Assembly (NCBI GenBank): GCA_963674755.2
Contig: CAXXVS010000003.1
Span: 1,280,001 to 1,344,000 of the forward strand
Direction: 5' to 3'
Source: Desulfobacterales bacterium
GTDB lineage: Bacteria; Desulfobacterota; Desulfobacteria; Desulfobacterales; UBA5852
Length of the DNA stretch: 64,000 nucleotides
The first letter of the stretch is position 1, and the number at the start of each line of letters is the position of its first letter. A model generated the notes under the pieces. That model was not told the DNA's origin and ran no database searches. It saw nothing but the letters and a program-made list of their open reading frames with translations. Shown piece after piece: positions 18,760 to 28,598 of the stretch. The position numbers and the translations under genes are program-made.

Positions 18760-21700
18760 TCAGGCCTTTTCAAAGACATCTTCCGTGGCGGCATCGACCA
18801 TGGCACGGATCTGTTCATCCGTGAAGTTGTTCACCTGGAAGGCCTTGGCCGGGCAGATGCCGGCGCAGATACCGCAGCCGGTGCAGATGACCTCGTTGTG
18901 GCTCACCTTGCCGTCCTCGTCGATAAAGGGCGAGCCGAAAGGGCAGACCCGGAAACAGGCCAGGCAGGACATGCAGATATCCCGGTTGTGTTTGGAGATG
19001 ATGCCCGAAACGCTCAGCCGGTCGTGGGAGAGCAGTACCCCCGCCCGCCCGGCCGCGGCCAGGGCCTGACTGATCGTCTCATCAAGATTTTTGGGGGCAT
19101 GTGCCAGACCGGCCACATAGAGCCCTTCACTGGGGAAATCCACCGGCCGCAGTTTGACATGCGCCTCCAGAAAGAACCCATCCGGGTTGCGGGTGAGTTT
19201 GTACTGTTTGCCGATTTTTTCCGTCAGCGGGTGGGGCCGCAGTCCGGTGGAGAGGACGACCATATCGGGGTGCAGGCGAATATCCCGGTTCAGCACGTAG
19301 TCGAAGGTCGTGACCTGGAGACGCTCGCCGCCGGTCTCCACCTGGGGTTTGTTCTCCGGCTCAAATCGGACGAAGAGGACTCCGACTTCCCGGGCCTTCT
19401 GATAGTAGTCCTCGCGCAGGCCATAGGTGCGGATATCGCGATAGAGAATCGTGACCTGGGCCGACGGCGATTTCTCCTTGATGGCGATGGCGTTTTTAAT
19501 CGCGTCCTGGCAGCAGACCCGCGAGCAGTAGTTCAGCGGTTCCTCGCGGGATCCGACACACTGGATCATGAGATAGTGTTTCCCTCCCGGGTCGAGCCCT
19601 TCGGCGATTTGTTTCTCAAGCTCACGCTGGGTAATGACGCGGTCGCTGTCCTTGTAGCCGTATTCCTCAGGTTCATATTCGGTACCCCCGGAGGCCACCA
19701 CGATGGCGCCATGATCGAATTTGTCGCCGTTTGTCAGGGTGGTTTTAAAGCCCCCCACAAATCCACCGGTGGTTGCCACTTCCGATCCCAGGTGGACATT
19801 GATCTTGGGGTGGTTTTCCACGGCGGCGATTTTTTCTTTAACAAAGGCCTGGACATCGCTGCCGTCCAAGGTGCGGTAGACATTCCCGGCCAACCCGCCC
19901 AAACGCTCGTTCTTTTCGACGATATGGATATCGAATCCCTGGTCGGCCAGGGCGATAGCGGAGGTCATGCCGGCCACACCGCCGCCGATGATCATGGCGG
20001 CCGGGGTAACGGGTACCGAATCGGTTTGCACCGGCTGCAGGTAGCGGGCCTTGGCCACGTTCATTTTGACGATTTCAGTGGCTTTTTTGGTCGCAATCTC
20101 CTTCTGTCCCATATGGCACCAGCTGCACTGCTCGCGAATATCGGCCAGCTCGAACAGGTATTTGTTCAGACCGACTTCCCGGATGGTGTCCTGAAACAGG
20201 GGGGCATGGGTGCGGGGTGTGCAAGAGGCCACAATGACACGGTTGAGCTTGTGTTCGTTGATCAACGCCTTGATTTTCTCCTGGCCGTCGGGCGCACAGG
20301 CGTACATCAGATCGTCGGAATAGGCCACATTCGGCACGGAGCGCATTTCTTCCGCGACACCTTTAACATCCACGGTCTGGGAAATGTTGATGCCGCAGTG
20401 GCAGACAAAGACGCCGATGCGCGGTTCTTCGCCGGCCACCTCCTTTTCATCGGGCAGTTCCTGAACGGTGATTTCCGTACCCCGGGCTTCCCCCAGGAGG
20501 GCCATGCTGCGGCCGGCCACGGCGCTGCCCTGGGCTACGGTCTCCGGGATGTCCTTGGGCCCCTGGTAGGTGCCGGTGACGTAGATCCCCGGCCGCGTGG
20601 TTTCCACCGGCCCGAAGGTTGTCGTCTTGGCAAAGCCGTGGATGTTGGGTTCAATGCCGAAGGTGCGGGCAAATTCAGCTGCATCGGCATGGGGTTGAAA
20701 CCCGATGGAGAGCACCACCATGTCGAAGATTTCCTCGATCAGAGTGCCGTCTTCGGTGGCAAATCGCAGAATCAGGCTGCCGGTGTCCGGATCTTGCTTG
20801 ACGTCGGAGATCATGGTGCGGCGGTAGACCACGCCATATTGGTTTTTGGCTCGATCGACGTATTTGTCGAAATCTTTGCCGAAAGCCCGCATTTCCATGT
20901 AAAAAACCGTGGGCTGAATGCGGCCGTCGTGTTCCTTGGCGATGACGGCCTGTTTGGTGGCGTACATGCAGCACACCGACGAGCACCAGGGGTTGGCGTT
21001 GTGCGGGTCCCGCGATCCGACACATTGGATCCAGGCCACCTTGCGGGGGTGTCGTTCGTCGGAGGGGCGTTTGATTTCGCCGGCGAAAGGGCCGGAAGCG
21101 GACAAAATGCGTTCGAACTGGAGCGAGGTGACGACGTTGGGCCAGCGGCCGAATCCCAGTTCCTGGCGCACCCGCGGGTTGTAGCGATCCAGGCCGGGGC
21201 TCAGGATGATGGCGCCCACTTGCAGGTCATAGTTCTTGGCTTCATCCTCGAAGTTGATGGCGCCGGCGTCGCAGAATTTCTCACAGGCCTTGCAGCGGCC
21301 CCGCTGCAGGTAGAGGCAGTTGTCGGGATCGATGACACGGGTGTTGGGAACGGCCTGGGGCAGGAGGGAGTAGATGGCCTTGCGTTTGCTTAAGCCCTGC
21401 TCGAATTCGCTGACCACCAGCTTGGGACATTTTTTCTCGCAGGCGCCGCAGCCGGTGCATTTTTCGGCATCCACATAGCGGGGCTTCTCGTGCACGGTGA
21501 CGGTGAAGTCGCCCGGTTCGCCTTCCACGGCGGTCACTTCCGCCAGGGTATGGAGGACGATGTTGGGGTGCCGTCCGACTTCCACCATTTTGGGGGAGAT
21601 CATGCACATGGAGCAGTCGCCGGTGGGGAAGGTCTTGTCCAGCATGGACATGGTCCCGCCGATGGAGGGATCCCGCTGGATCATGTGGACCTTGAAGCCA

Positions 21701-21795
21701 CTGTCGGCCAGATCGAGGGCGGCCTGCATCCCGCCGATGCCGCCCCCGGCAATCAATACCGATCCGCGTTTGGTGCTAGTTCCCTTTTTCGTCAT
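18760..21795 (-). CDS. hdrA: Heterodisulfide reductase subunit A-like, large (two FAD modules)
   Basis: GGGIGG and GGGVAG dinucleotide folds, LDKTFPTGDCSMC, QCVGSR..CSSVCC/CSRVCC, GVFVCHCG, IREQCSW, several CxxCxxC ferredoxin motifs. Confidence 0.95.
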   Translation of the reverse strand: MTKKGTSTKRGSVLIAGGGIGGMQAALDLADSGFKVHMIQRDPSIGGTMSMLDKTFPTGDCSMCMISPKMVEVGRHPNIVLHTLAEVTAVEGEPGDFTVTVHEKPRYVDAEKCTGCGACEKKCPKLVVSEFEQGLSKRKAIYSLLPQAVPNTRVIDPDNCLYLQRGRCKACEKFCDAGAINFEDEAKNYDLQVGAIILSPGLDRYNPRVRQELGFGRWPNVVTSLQFERILSASGPFAGEIKRPSDERHPRKVAWIQCVGSRDPHNANPWCSSVCCMYATKQAVIAKEHDGRIQPTVFYMEMRAFGKDFDKYVDRAKNQYGVVYRRTMISDVKQDPDTGSLILRFATEDGTLIEEIFDMVVLSIGFQPHADAAEFARTFGIEPNIHGFAKTTTFGPVETTRPGIYVTGTYQGPKDIPETVAQGSAVAGRSMALLGEARGTEITVQELPDEKEVAGEEPRIGVFVCHCGINISQTVDVKGVAEEMRSVPNVAYSDDLMYACAPDGQEKIKALINEHKLNRVIVASCTPRTHAPLFQDTIREVGLNKYLFELADIREQCSWCHMGQKEIATKKATEIVKMNVAKARYLQPVQTDSVPVTPAAMIIGGGVAGMTSAIALADQGFDIHIVEKNERLGGLAGNVYRTLDGSDVQAFVKEKIAAVENHPKINVHLGSEVATTGGFVGGFKTTLTNGDKFDHGAIVVASGGTEYEPEEYGYKDSDRVITQRELEKQIAEGLDPGGKHYLMIQCVGSREEPLNYCSRVCCQDAIKNAIAIKEKSPSAQVTILYRDIRTYGLREDYYQKAREVGVLFVRFEPENKPQVETGGERLQVTTFDYVLNRDIRLHPDMVVLSTGLRPHPLTEKIGKQYKLTRNPDGFFLEAHVKLRPVDFPSEGLYVAGLAHAPKNLDETISQALAAAGRAGVLLSHDRLSVSGIISKHNRDICMSCLACFRVCPFGSPFIDEDGKVSHNEVICTGCGICAGICPAKAFQVNNFTDEQIRAMVDAATEDVFEKA

Positions 21796-22666
21796 CTTGC
21801 TCCAACTCCTTCAAGAGTGTTGTGCCGTCGATGAAATGTCGATCGGTCTGCAATTCCTCCGGCGGAATGCCTATGGCCGCCCCGATGATCTCCGTGATGA
21901 AAAATACCGGCAGGCGCTCTTCGATGTCGTTTTTCAGGCAGAAGGTCTCCTGCTGGGCATCCAGATTCATCTGACACATGGGGCAGGTGGTCACGAAGCT
22001 GTTGGCGCCGCGGGTCACGGCGTCCTTCATGATCCGCGCCATCAAGTTGTGGGACGTCTCCGGGTCGTTCACGGCGGCCGAGGCGCCGCAGCAGGCCGTC
22101 TTGTGATTCCAGTCCACGGTCTTTATTTTCAGCGCCCCCAGGACCCGTTCCATCCCCTGGGGGTTTTCCACATCGTCGGGCACTGGCACGGTGTAGGGAA
22201 ATCGTGTCAGCATGCACCCGTAGTAGCAGACCGGCCGCAATCCGGTGAGTTTCTGGACCACGCGGTCCTTCAGCGCCCCGGCTGCGATGCGGGCTTCGAG
22301 GGCTTCCAAAATGGAGGAGACCTTGAGAGCGCCGTTGACGGGGGCCCCGAGCTCGCTGTTGATCTCGGCCTTCAGGGTCCCATCATCGGCCATGCGCTGC
22401 TGGGCCACCAGGGTGCGCGAGTAGCAGGCCGAGCAGGGGATGACCATCTCCGCGAACCCGGCACGCTGGGCGATGCCGATATTGCGGGCCGGCATGGCCG
22501 TGGCCATGAAATCGTCCACCTTGCCGGCCGAAGTGGCGCCGCAGCAGTTCCAGTCCTCGATTTCCACGAGTTCCGCGCCCAGCTCCGCGAAGATGCGCCG
22601 GCTCTGGACGTCGTAGAGGGCCGACGACTGCTGCAGGGAACATCCAGGGTAGTAGGCTAGTTGCAT
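21776..22666 (-). CDS. hdrB: Heterodisulfide reductase subunit B
   Basis: YYPGCSL, WNCCGA, PCSAC, YYGC, CCGA, CPMCQ (CCG domains); GAGGAG RBS. Confidence 0.93.
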   Translation of the reverse strand: MQLAYYPGCSLQQSSALYDVQSRRIFAELGAELVEIEDWNCCGATSAGKVDDFMATAMPARNIGIAQRAGFAEMVIPCSACYSRTLVAQQRMADDGTLKAEINSELGAPVNGALKVSSILEALEARIAAGALKDRVVQKLTGLRPVCYYGCMLTRFPYTVPVPDDVENPQGMERVLGALKIKTVDWNHKTACCGASAAVNDPETSHNLMARIMKDAVTRGANSFVTTCPMCQMNLDAQQETFCLKNDIEERLPVFFITEIIGAAIGIPPEELQTDRHFIDGTTLLKELEQDDEKGN

Positions 22667-22738
22667 GATGCTCCTCTTCTCCTCCGAGCCATTTTCAAAA
22701 CGCTCCATCGGAAACGCCCTGCAAACGGCCCCTGTACG

Positions 22739-23353
22739 TTAATGAGTGGCACGTTGTTTGGATTTTCGTTGCAGCGCTTTGATTTCCTTGCGTCCCTTGG
22801 CCACCAGAAAGCCGAAGTGCATTCGCCGCAGGCGTGTCATTTCCAGGCCGAGGTGGGCCTGGGCCTTGATTTCATCGAAAATAGCGCCGAACGCTCTGGT
22901 TTTGATGTTGCGCAGGGCGAACTTCATTTCGTAGGCCCCCATGAATTCCATCTCGTTCACCCGTCCCCAGCGCAGACCGGAGTGGACGAAGGCATCGTGG
23001 AAATCGGCAATCTTGGGCTGCAGCGGTTCGAGATGTTCTTCTTTGGCCATCTTCTTCAGCGTTTCGGTGATGCGGGCCGTCTGGATGTCGTTGGGGCATC
23101 TTGTGCCGCAGGTGTAACAAGAGACACATTTCCAAACGAGCTGGTTGCTCAAGGCCTGATCGCGGTCGCCCAGGACCACCATCCGGATCAGCAGGTTGGG
23201 GGTGAAATAGTCGGTTTCATCCCCCACGCTGCAGCCGGCCGCACAGCGGCGGCACTGATAGCACGCACTGAGGTTCTGGCCGGAGCGCGCCATTACCTCG
23301 GCCAGAAAGGGTTGGGTTTGAGCGGGATTGATGTCGATAGCGGGTGCGGCCAT
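22739..23353 (-). CDS. hdrC: Heterodisulfide reductase subunit C
   Basis: CYQCRRCAAGC and WKCVSCYTCGTRCP. Confidence 0.92.
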   Translation of the reverse strand: MAAPAIDINPAQTQPFLAEVMARSGQNLSACYQCRRCAAGCSVGDETDYFTPNLLIRMVVLGDRDQALSNQLVWKCVSCYTCGTRCPNDIQTARITETLKKMAKEEHLEPLQPKIADFHDAFVHSGLRWGRVNEMEFMGAYEMKFALRNIKTRAFGAIFDEIKAQAHLGLEMTRLRRMHFGFLVAKGRKEIKALQRKSKQRATH

Positions 23354-23538
23354 GAATGATTCCTCCCCGTTGCGGGATGCGAAGGCTTTACCTGACGGCG
23401 GGGCGCCTTCCATGGGAATGACACACTGAACAGACCGGCATGCGCGGAAAACCATGTTCAGTCGTGCTGACGATCACTGGCGGACAACGGCAGTTTACCG
23501 GGATTTAAAGGTCCGGAAAATCCTGGGAGGTCAAAAAA

Positions 23539-23553
23539 GCAACCATTATGCCA
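23539..23553 (-). promoter_or_regulatory. Sigma54 promoter of the hdr-met operon
   Basis: Minus strand TGGCATAATGGTTGC; upstream AT-rich tract (23575-23607) and two similar boxes ccaatttggaacgg/ccattttggaacgg. Confidence 0.8.
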
Positions 23554-23839
23554 GCGCGCTTGATGGCGCGGGCAATTATGGATAATATATAAATATTAAA
23601 TGGTTATGTCGTTTCGGTCGGGAGGGGAGGGAGGTCGGGCGGCGCCGGCGGGCAGGTGGGGCTGTCCCAATTTGGAACGGTATGGATTAAATTGGTAGGG
23701 ATCGCAATAAGTTATTGGTGATATGCCATTTTGGAACGGTCTATTTTGGCAGATATTCGCTTTTTAAACGGCCGGATGGGACGGATCGACTGTCCGGCGG
23801 AGGGGCGACCCCTTTTACAGCGGGCCGCCCGGATCCAAT

Positions 23840-24331
23840 TCAATTCCGGTGCTTTTCCTGCTCCTCCTTGGACATCGTCCAGAAGGGGGTGCCGTCGCTG
23901 GTGACCCGCACCTTGAAATCAAAAAAGTCGCCTTTTTTGATCTTGGCCGCCATAAAAACGAACTCGCCGTCAATTTCCGCCCAAACGCCTTTGACCTTGA
24001 CCCGGTCACCCCGCCGTATCCCGATATCCTGGGGACCCGCAAACCACTCCGGGCACACTTCAACCAGATTGACGCTGCCTTCGCCCTCCTCCACCAATAG
24101 GGCGGTGGCCGGCGACATGCCCGGCATGGGCACGACGGTAAAGACTTTTTTGACATAGCCCTTGAAAGAATCCAGTTCCCGGGGATCATAGAGTTTGTTG
24201 TAAGGGGAATCCTTGCCCCAGCCCCCCATGTCGCGCGGGTCTTCGGCCATGGCGGTTCCCGAGGCCATCAGCATCATGGTGATGATGGTCACAGCAAGCC
24301 AGCGTCGGGTAAGATCTACGGGTCGCTTCAT
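23840..24331 (-). CDS. Exported small OB-fold-like protein
   Basis: Signal peptide; YNKLYDP...GDRVKVKG...DGTPFW; GGAGG RBS. Confidence 0.7.
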   Translation of the reverse strand: MKRPVDLTRRWLAVTIITMMLMASGTAMAEDPRDMGGWGKDSPYNKLYDPRELDSFKGYVKKVFTVVPMPGMSPATALLVEEGEGSVNLVEVCPEWFAGPQDIGIRRGDRVKVKGVWAEIDGEFVFMAAKIKKGDFFDFKVRVTSDGTPFWTMSKEEQEKHRN

Positions 24332-24586
24332 TGTTCCTCCAGTTCGTCTATCATCTGATGGGCACGGGGCATTGCCGCCTTGCGACCGTGATTCGGCCGC
24401 TGCACGCGTTCACCCTCTTCTCTGCGGGATGGGTGGGTCTCCGCGCTGCTTGACGCTTCTCCTCCACGGCTATCCCGATCGATATACGGTTCAACCCGCC
24501 GTCTGGGGGACATTTATAGACCCCGCGCAATGCCTTTTCATCACTATAGGACGTCTTGAACAGATAACAAGTCGACATTGCAGACA

Positions 24587-25072
24587 TTATTCGGGGGTTG
24601 CGGGGGAGTGTCCGTCGGTGGGCACGGGTTCCATGTGCAGGCCGCTGGCCTGCATTTCCCAGTAGAAAATGAATTCGTCGAGCCTGTTAAGGGGGTTGTC
24701 GCTGTCCCAGTAGGCGTATTGCCCTAAGTCCTGGCTTAGAAAGTCATTCCAGAAAAGGTCCACCAGGGTTTCTTCGGTAATGGTGGCGTAAATGAAGGTC
24801 GGGCGCAGTTCAAAGCACTTCATGTTGGCAATCAGGTTGCATTCCGGAACCCAGGTGGTTTCCCGTGTGTTCTGATCCTCGGCTTTGCGGAAGGTCACGG
24901 GGCTGCCCGAGTTGAAGACAAACTCCAGCAGCTTGTTGCGATGGTCGCAAAACCACCACCAGTCCGATTCGCTGTCATGAATAATATGACGCGCCAGCCC
25001 ATTGATCTTGAGATGATGGCGCAGATCCTCAGGGGTTTTCAGCTTGAGTTGGATGACGTCGTTATAGTCCAC
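24587..25072 (-). CDS. Hypothetical protein
   Basis: 161-aa ORF, GTG start after GGAGG; no recognised motif. Confidence 0.6.
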   Translation of the reverse strand: MDYNDVIQLKLKTPEDLRHHLKINGLARHIIHDSESDWWWFCDHRNKLLEFVFNSGSPVTFRKAEDQNTRETTWVPECNLIANMKCFELRPTFIYATITEETLVDLFWNDFLSQDLGQYAYWDSDNPLNRLDEFIFYWEMQASGLHMEPVPTDGHSPATPE

Positions 25073-25148
25073 AATGTGGTCCTCCAGGATTCGTTTTCAG
25101 ACAAGCCTTAACTATCATTTACCGTCAACCGGCGACAAGATTATTCAA

Positions 25149-27284
25149 TCAGAGCACTTTGACCACCGCCAAGGTGATGTCGTCCTCCTGGTGGGGGCCG
25201 GAAAAGGCGTTTACGGCACTGAATACGGCATCCCGGATGGTGTGCGCATCGCAGTCGTGATGCTCCCGGACGATCTGGCAGAGACGATCCTTGCCGAACA
25301 TTTCCCCCTGGGGATTGAAGGCTTCCCAGATGCCGTCGGTTCCGATGACGATGACTTGCCCGGCGGCACCCATCGGCCTGGAGGAAGTTACGAAATCATA
25401 GTCCGCTTCAATCCCCAGCGCCATTCCCTCGCCGGTCAGCTCCGCGAACTGGTCGGTACGGGGGTCATACAGCAGGGCCGGGTCGTGGCCGGCCCGCACC
25501 CAGTGCAACCGGCGGTGGGCCATGTCGAATTCCAGATAGAAGAGCGTGATGAAGTCGCCGGTTTTCGACGTGTCCGGAAACAGCAGGCGATTGACCAGGG
25601 TGATCCGACGGGCCGGGTCGGCCTCCAGGATCGACATACTGCGAATCATGGCGCGCGCTGTGGTCATCAGGAGGGCTGCGGACACTCCATGGCCGGAAAC
25701 ATCGCCCACCACCACGGCCATGGACGTATTGCCGTCGGCGCCGCTTGGGAAGACATCATAGTAATCACCGCCGGTTTGGTCGCAATAATGGCTGTCGCCG
25801 GCCAGATCCAGACCGGGCAGCTTGGGGGCCTGGACCGGGAGCAGGTTGCGCTGAACCTGGCGGGCGAGTTCCATGGATTGGCTGAGATACCAATGGGCTT
25901 CGAGCCGGGGCACGATGTCGTTGAAAGCATTGATCAGGGTGTCGCGCTCGTCGCCGGTATGCTCGTTGATGCGTACCGTGAAGTCCCCGGTGGATAATCT
26001 GTTCCAGGCCCTGACCATAACGTAAAGCGGTCGCAGAATGGTTCGGGTGCCGATCCATCCCACCAGGAGGACCAGCACCAGCAGCAGGGCCGCGATGATG
26101 CCGGTCACGCGATAGATGTGATGCGTGTGGTCCAGAACGTTTTTGCCCACCTGATCCGCGAGGGAGGAAACCAAACTTTTGGGGACGATCAGAATAATCC
26201 AGAGGGCTGTATCCACCGGGGCGTGAAATCGGGCGAAGGCCCAGATGGAGGGGCGGGTGTTGTAAGGCAACTCCATGGCGCCGCTGCCCTGCTTCTCAAG
26301 GGCGTCGACCAAGGCCTTATCCTGGGACGGGTCGGAAAAGCGGAAAAAGGTCTCCCGGCTTTCATTCGGGAAGTCGCGATTGCCATCGCGTGGACTGCCG
26401 CTGGCGATGATTTCGAGCTTCTGGAGGCCCTCGTCGTTTTCGGTTTCGGGGATGACAAGGAAGGCCAGCGTGTCTTGGGACCACTGGGATTGCAGTTGAT
26501 CCATCTGCATAAATTCGCCGGGCAGCATATCGATGGCGGCGACGCCGATAAAGCGGCCCTGTCCGTCGCGAATCGGTTCGGCCACGGTAAAAACCAGATC
26601 TTGTGTCGAGCTGTCCTTATGGGACAGCCAGGTCAGCTTTCCGTGCTGTTTGGTCTCCACATACCAGGGGCGTTTCCGGGGATCGAATCCCGCGCCAATA
26701 TGACCGTGTCCGGGAAAGGAGATATGCAGTCCGTTCGCCAGACCGATGTATACCCGGTGGGCTACCGCCTGGTTGACCTGGAAGATATCCTTGATAATCG
26801 GCGTGAGCTTCTGAAGGCGTACAATTTGCGGCTTCAGAACATTTTCCTTGCCGGCCGGTATCACGACCACCGGGGCGCTGGTGCTGACGGCCGACGGCAT
26901 CAGGACGCCGCCGGCCGTTGCACGGCTGTAGCGCCATGACATCTGCACGTCCGGCGGTGCTGTTTCGGGGTGGTCGAAATCGTGCGGGGTATAGAACGGC
27001 TCCTCCGACGGAAGGGCCGGCGAGGCCAGAGCATTCGCGGTGCTGCCCGCGAGATACTGGAGGGAGAGTTGCAGGCTGGCGACATGCTGGCTGATCGCAT
27101 CGGCGGATACCCGGGCGCTTCGTGTCAGATCCCGACTGAGGGCGGCGGTCTGCTGGGTCCGGGCGTCGTGTGAGAGCGCCGCTCCCAGACGGTTGATGCT
27201 CTGTCGGCTGGTGACGGTGATGATCAGCAGCGGTGTCAGGCTGAAGGCCAGCAGAATGATGAAGACTTTGTAGCGGATGCTCAT
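25149..27284 (-). CDS. Membrane Cache-HAMP-PP2C (SpoIIE/RsbU-like) phosphatase
   Basis: Two TMs, FDPRKRPWY dCache motif, HAMP, GGDYYD, GDVSGHG, RAGH, TDGIWE, DDIT. Confidence 0.9.
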   Translation of the reverse strand: MSIRYKVFIILLAFSLTPLLIITVTSRQSINRLGAALSHDARTQQTAALSRDLTRSARVSADAISQHVASLQLSLQYLAGSTANALASPALPSEEPFYTPHDFDHPETAPPDVQMSWRYSRATAGGVLMPSAVSTSAPVVVIPAGKENVLKPQIVRLQKLTPIIKDIFQVNQAVAHRVYIGLANGLHISFPGHGHIGAGFDPRKRPWYVETKQHGKLTWLSHKDSSTQDLVFTVAEPIRDGQGRFIGVAAIDMLPGEFMQMDQLQSQWSQDTLAFLVIPETENDEGLQKLEIIASGSPRDGNRDFPNESRETFFRFSDPSQDKALVDALEKQGSGAMELPYNTRPSIWAFARFHAPVDTALWIILIVPKSLVSSLADQVGKNVLDHTHHIYRVTGIIAALLLVLVLLVGWIGTRTILRPLYVMVRAWNRLSTGDFTVRINEHTGDERDTLINAFNDIVPRLEAHWYLSQSMELARQVQRNLLPVQAPKLPGLDLAGDSHYCDQTGGDYYDVFPSGADGNTSMAVVVGDVSGHGVSAALLMTTARAMIRSMSILEADPARRITLVNRLLFPDTSKTGDFITLFYLEFDMAHRRLHWVRAGHDPALLYDPRTDQFAELTGEGMALGIEADYDFVTSSRPMGAAGQVIVIGTDGIWEAFNPQGEMFGKDRLCQIVREHHDCDAHTIRDAVFSAVNAFSGPHQEDDITLAVVKVL

Positions 27285-27446
27285 GGCGCGGTCCCCGGTC
27301 TATGTATTCAAAGCGCTCAAGCGTCATGTCAATTCCATGACGAGGGGCGATCTTATGACAGGACGTGGCGTTTGGTCATTTCTGATATGGCAATATAACT
27401 ATTTGGAAATAAGGCAATTAATATGAAACGAGGGTCGTGTGCCAGA

Positions 27447-27462
27447 TGGCCTGGATCTTGCT
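27447..27462 (+). promoter_or_regulatory. Probable sigma54 promoter of the actin-like/PBP operon
   Basis: TGGCCTGGATCTTGCT (GG-N10-GC with TTGC); AT-rich tract at 27390-27425. Confidence 0.65.
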
Positions 27463-27551
27463 AATCCCTATTTCCGATCATTTTTCGGCCCATGCATAGC
27501 CAAGTGCTGCGGTTTGCCGGGCGGTATGACAATTTGTTGTGAGGTGATTCC

Positions 27552-28598
27552 ATGTCTTCTGGTACCATTGCGGCAGGGAAAAAGACAAGCCCATCTTCCG
27601 GCGGGTCGCGGCAGCCCATCGGCGTGGATATCGGTACGGCCAATATCGTCGTTTACATGAACGGTCAAGCCGGCGCCAAGGCCCAGATGGAAGCCAATGC
27701 CTTTTTTACGGTGCCGGCCCTGCCCAACACGCGCAAGATTCTGGAAACCAAGGCGGTACGATTCTTTGAAAAGGACGACCGCCTGCATGTCATTGGCAAC
27801 GCGGCCGAGGAGTTTGCCAGCATCCTGGGAGGAACGACCCGTCGTCCCATGGAAAGCGGCCTGGTCAACCTGAAGGAGAGCGACAGCATCCGTGTCATCC
27901 AGGCCATTTTGGATCCCATGATCCCGCCGCCGGCCCAAAAAGACCAACCGCTCTGGTTCAGCGTGCCGGGGGAGCCGGTGGGCCAGTCCGGCGCCATCAT
28001 TTTCAACGAATCGATTTTCAAATCCTATCTCAAAGGGCGCGGATATGCGCCACGCGGCATCAACGAGGCCATGGCCGTAATCATCGCGGAACTGACCGAT
28101 CAGAACGCCACCGGGATCGGCATCTCCCTGGGGGGCGGGATGTGCAATATCTGTTTTTCCTATCTGTCGATTCCGGCGGTCACCTTCAGCATTCCGAAAG
28201 GGGGCGACTCCATCGACCAGACCGTGGGCCTTTCGGTGGGGGAGTCCGCCACCAAGATCAAAGGCATCAAAGAGCAGGAACTGGATCTGAGGGCTGCCCC
28301 CCGGAACAACATCGAACATGGGCTGCATGCGGCCTATGACGACCTTTTCACCCGTCTGGCCCGGAGCCTGGCGGAAGTTTTCAGGGGGGCCGATACCATG
28401 CCGCGCCTTAAGCAGGCCGTGCCGCTGGTGTTGAGCGGCGGTACCGTGCTTCCGCCTGGCAGTCGGGAGCGATTTGAAGCGATTCTGGACGAGGTGGAAC
28501 TGCCGGTCCGGATCGCGAAGGTCATCCAGGCCAGGGAACCGCTGTTGGCCACCGCCAAAGGCGCTTATATGATGGCCGTTGCCGAAGATGAAAAGTGA
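27552..28598 (+). CDS. Actin-fold ATPase, volactin/MamK-like rather than MreB/FtsA
   Basis: Phosphate-1 IGVDIGTANI, RRPMESG, connect INEAMAV, phosphate-2 GISLGGGMCN, GGDSID, adenosine VLSGGT, EPLLATAKGA; GAGGTG RBS. Confidence 0.85.
   Translation: MSSGTIAAGKKTSPSSGGSRQPIGVDIGTANIVVYMNGQAGAKAQMEANAFFTVPALPNTRKILETKAVRFFEKDDRLHVIGNAAEEFASILGGTTRRPMESGLVNLKESDSIRVIQAILDPMIPPPAQKDQPLWFSVPGEPVGQSGAIIFNESIFKSYLKGRGYAPRGINEAMAVIIAELTDQNATGIGISLGGGMCNICFSYLSIPAVTFSIPKGGDSIDQTVGLSVGESATKIKGIKEQELDLRAAPRNNIEHGLHAAYDDLFTRLARSLAEVFRGADTMPRLKQAVPLVLSGGTVLPPGSRERFEAILDEVELPVRIAKVIQAREPLLATAKGAYMMAVAEDEK

Noticed and set aside
18745..21393. 882-aa plus-strand ORF and many other long antisense ORFs
   Set aside because: Shadow frames of well-supported GC-rich genes on the opposite strand; no motifs
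23840..28598. Magnetosome island (MamK-like actin, OB-fold protein)
   Set aside because: No mamABEMQ-type genes; the ATPase context is a PBP
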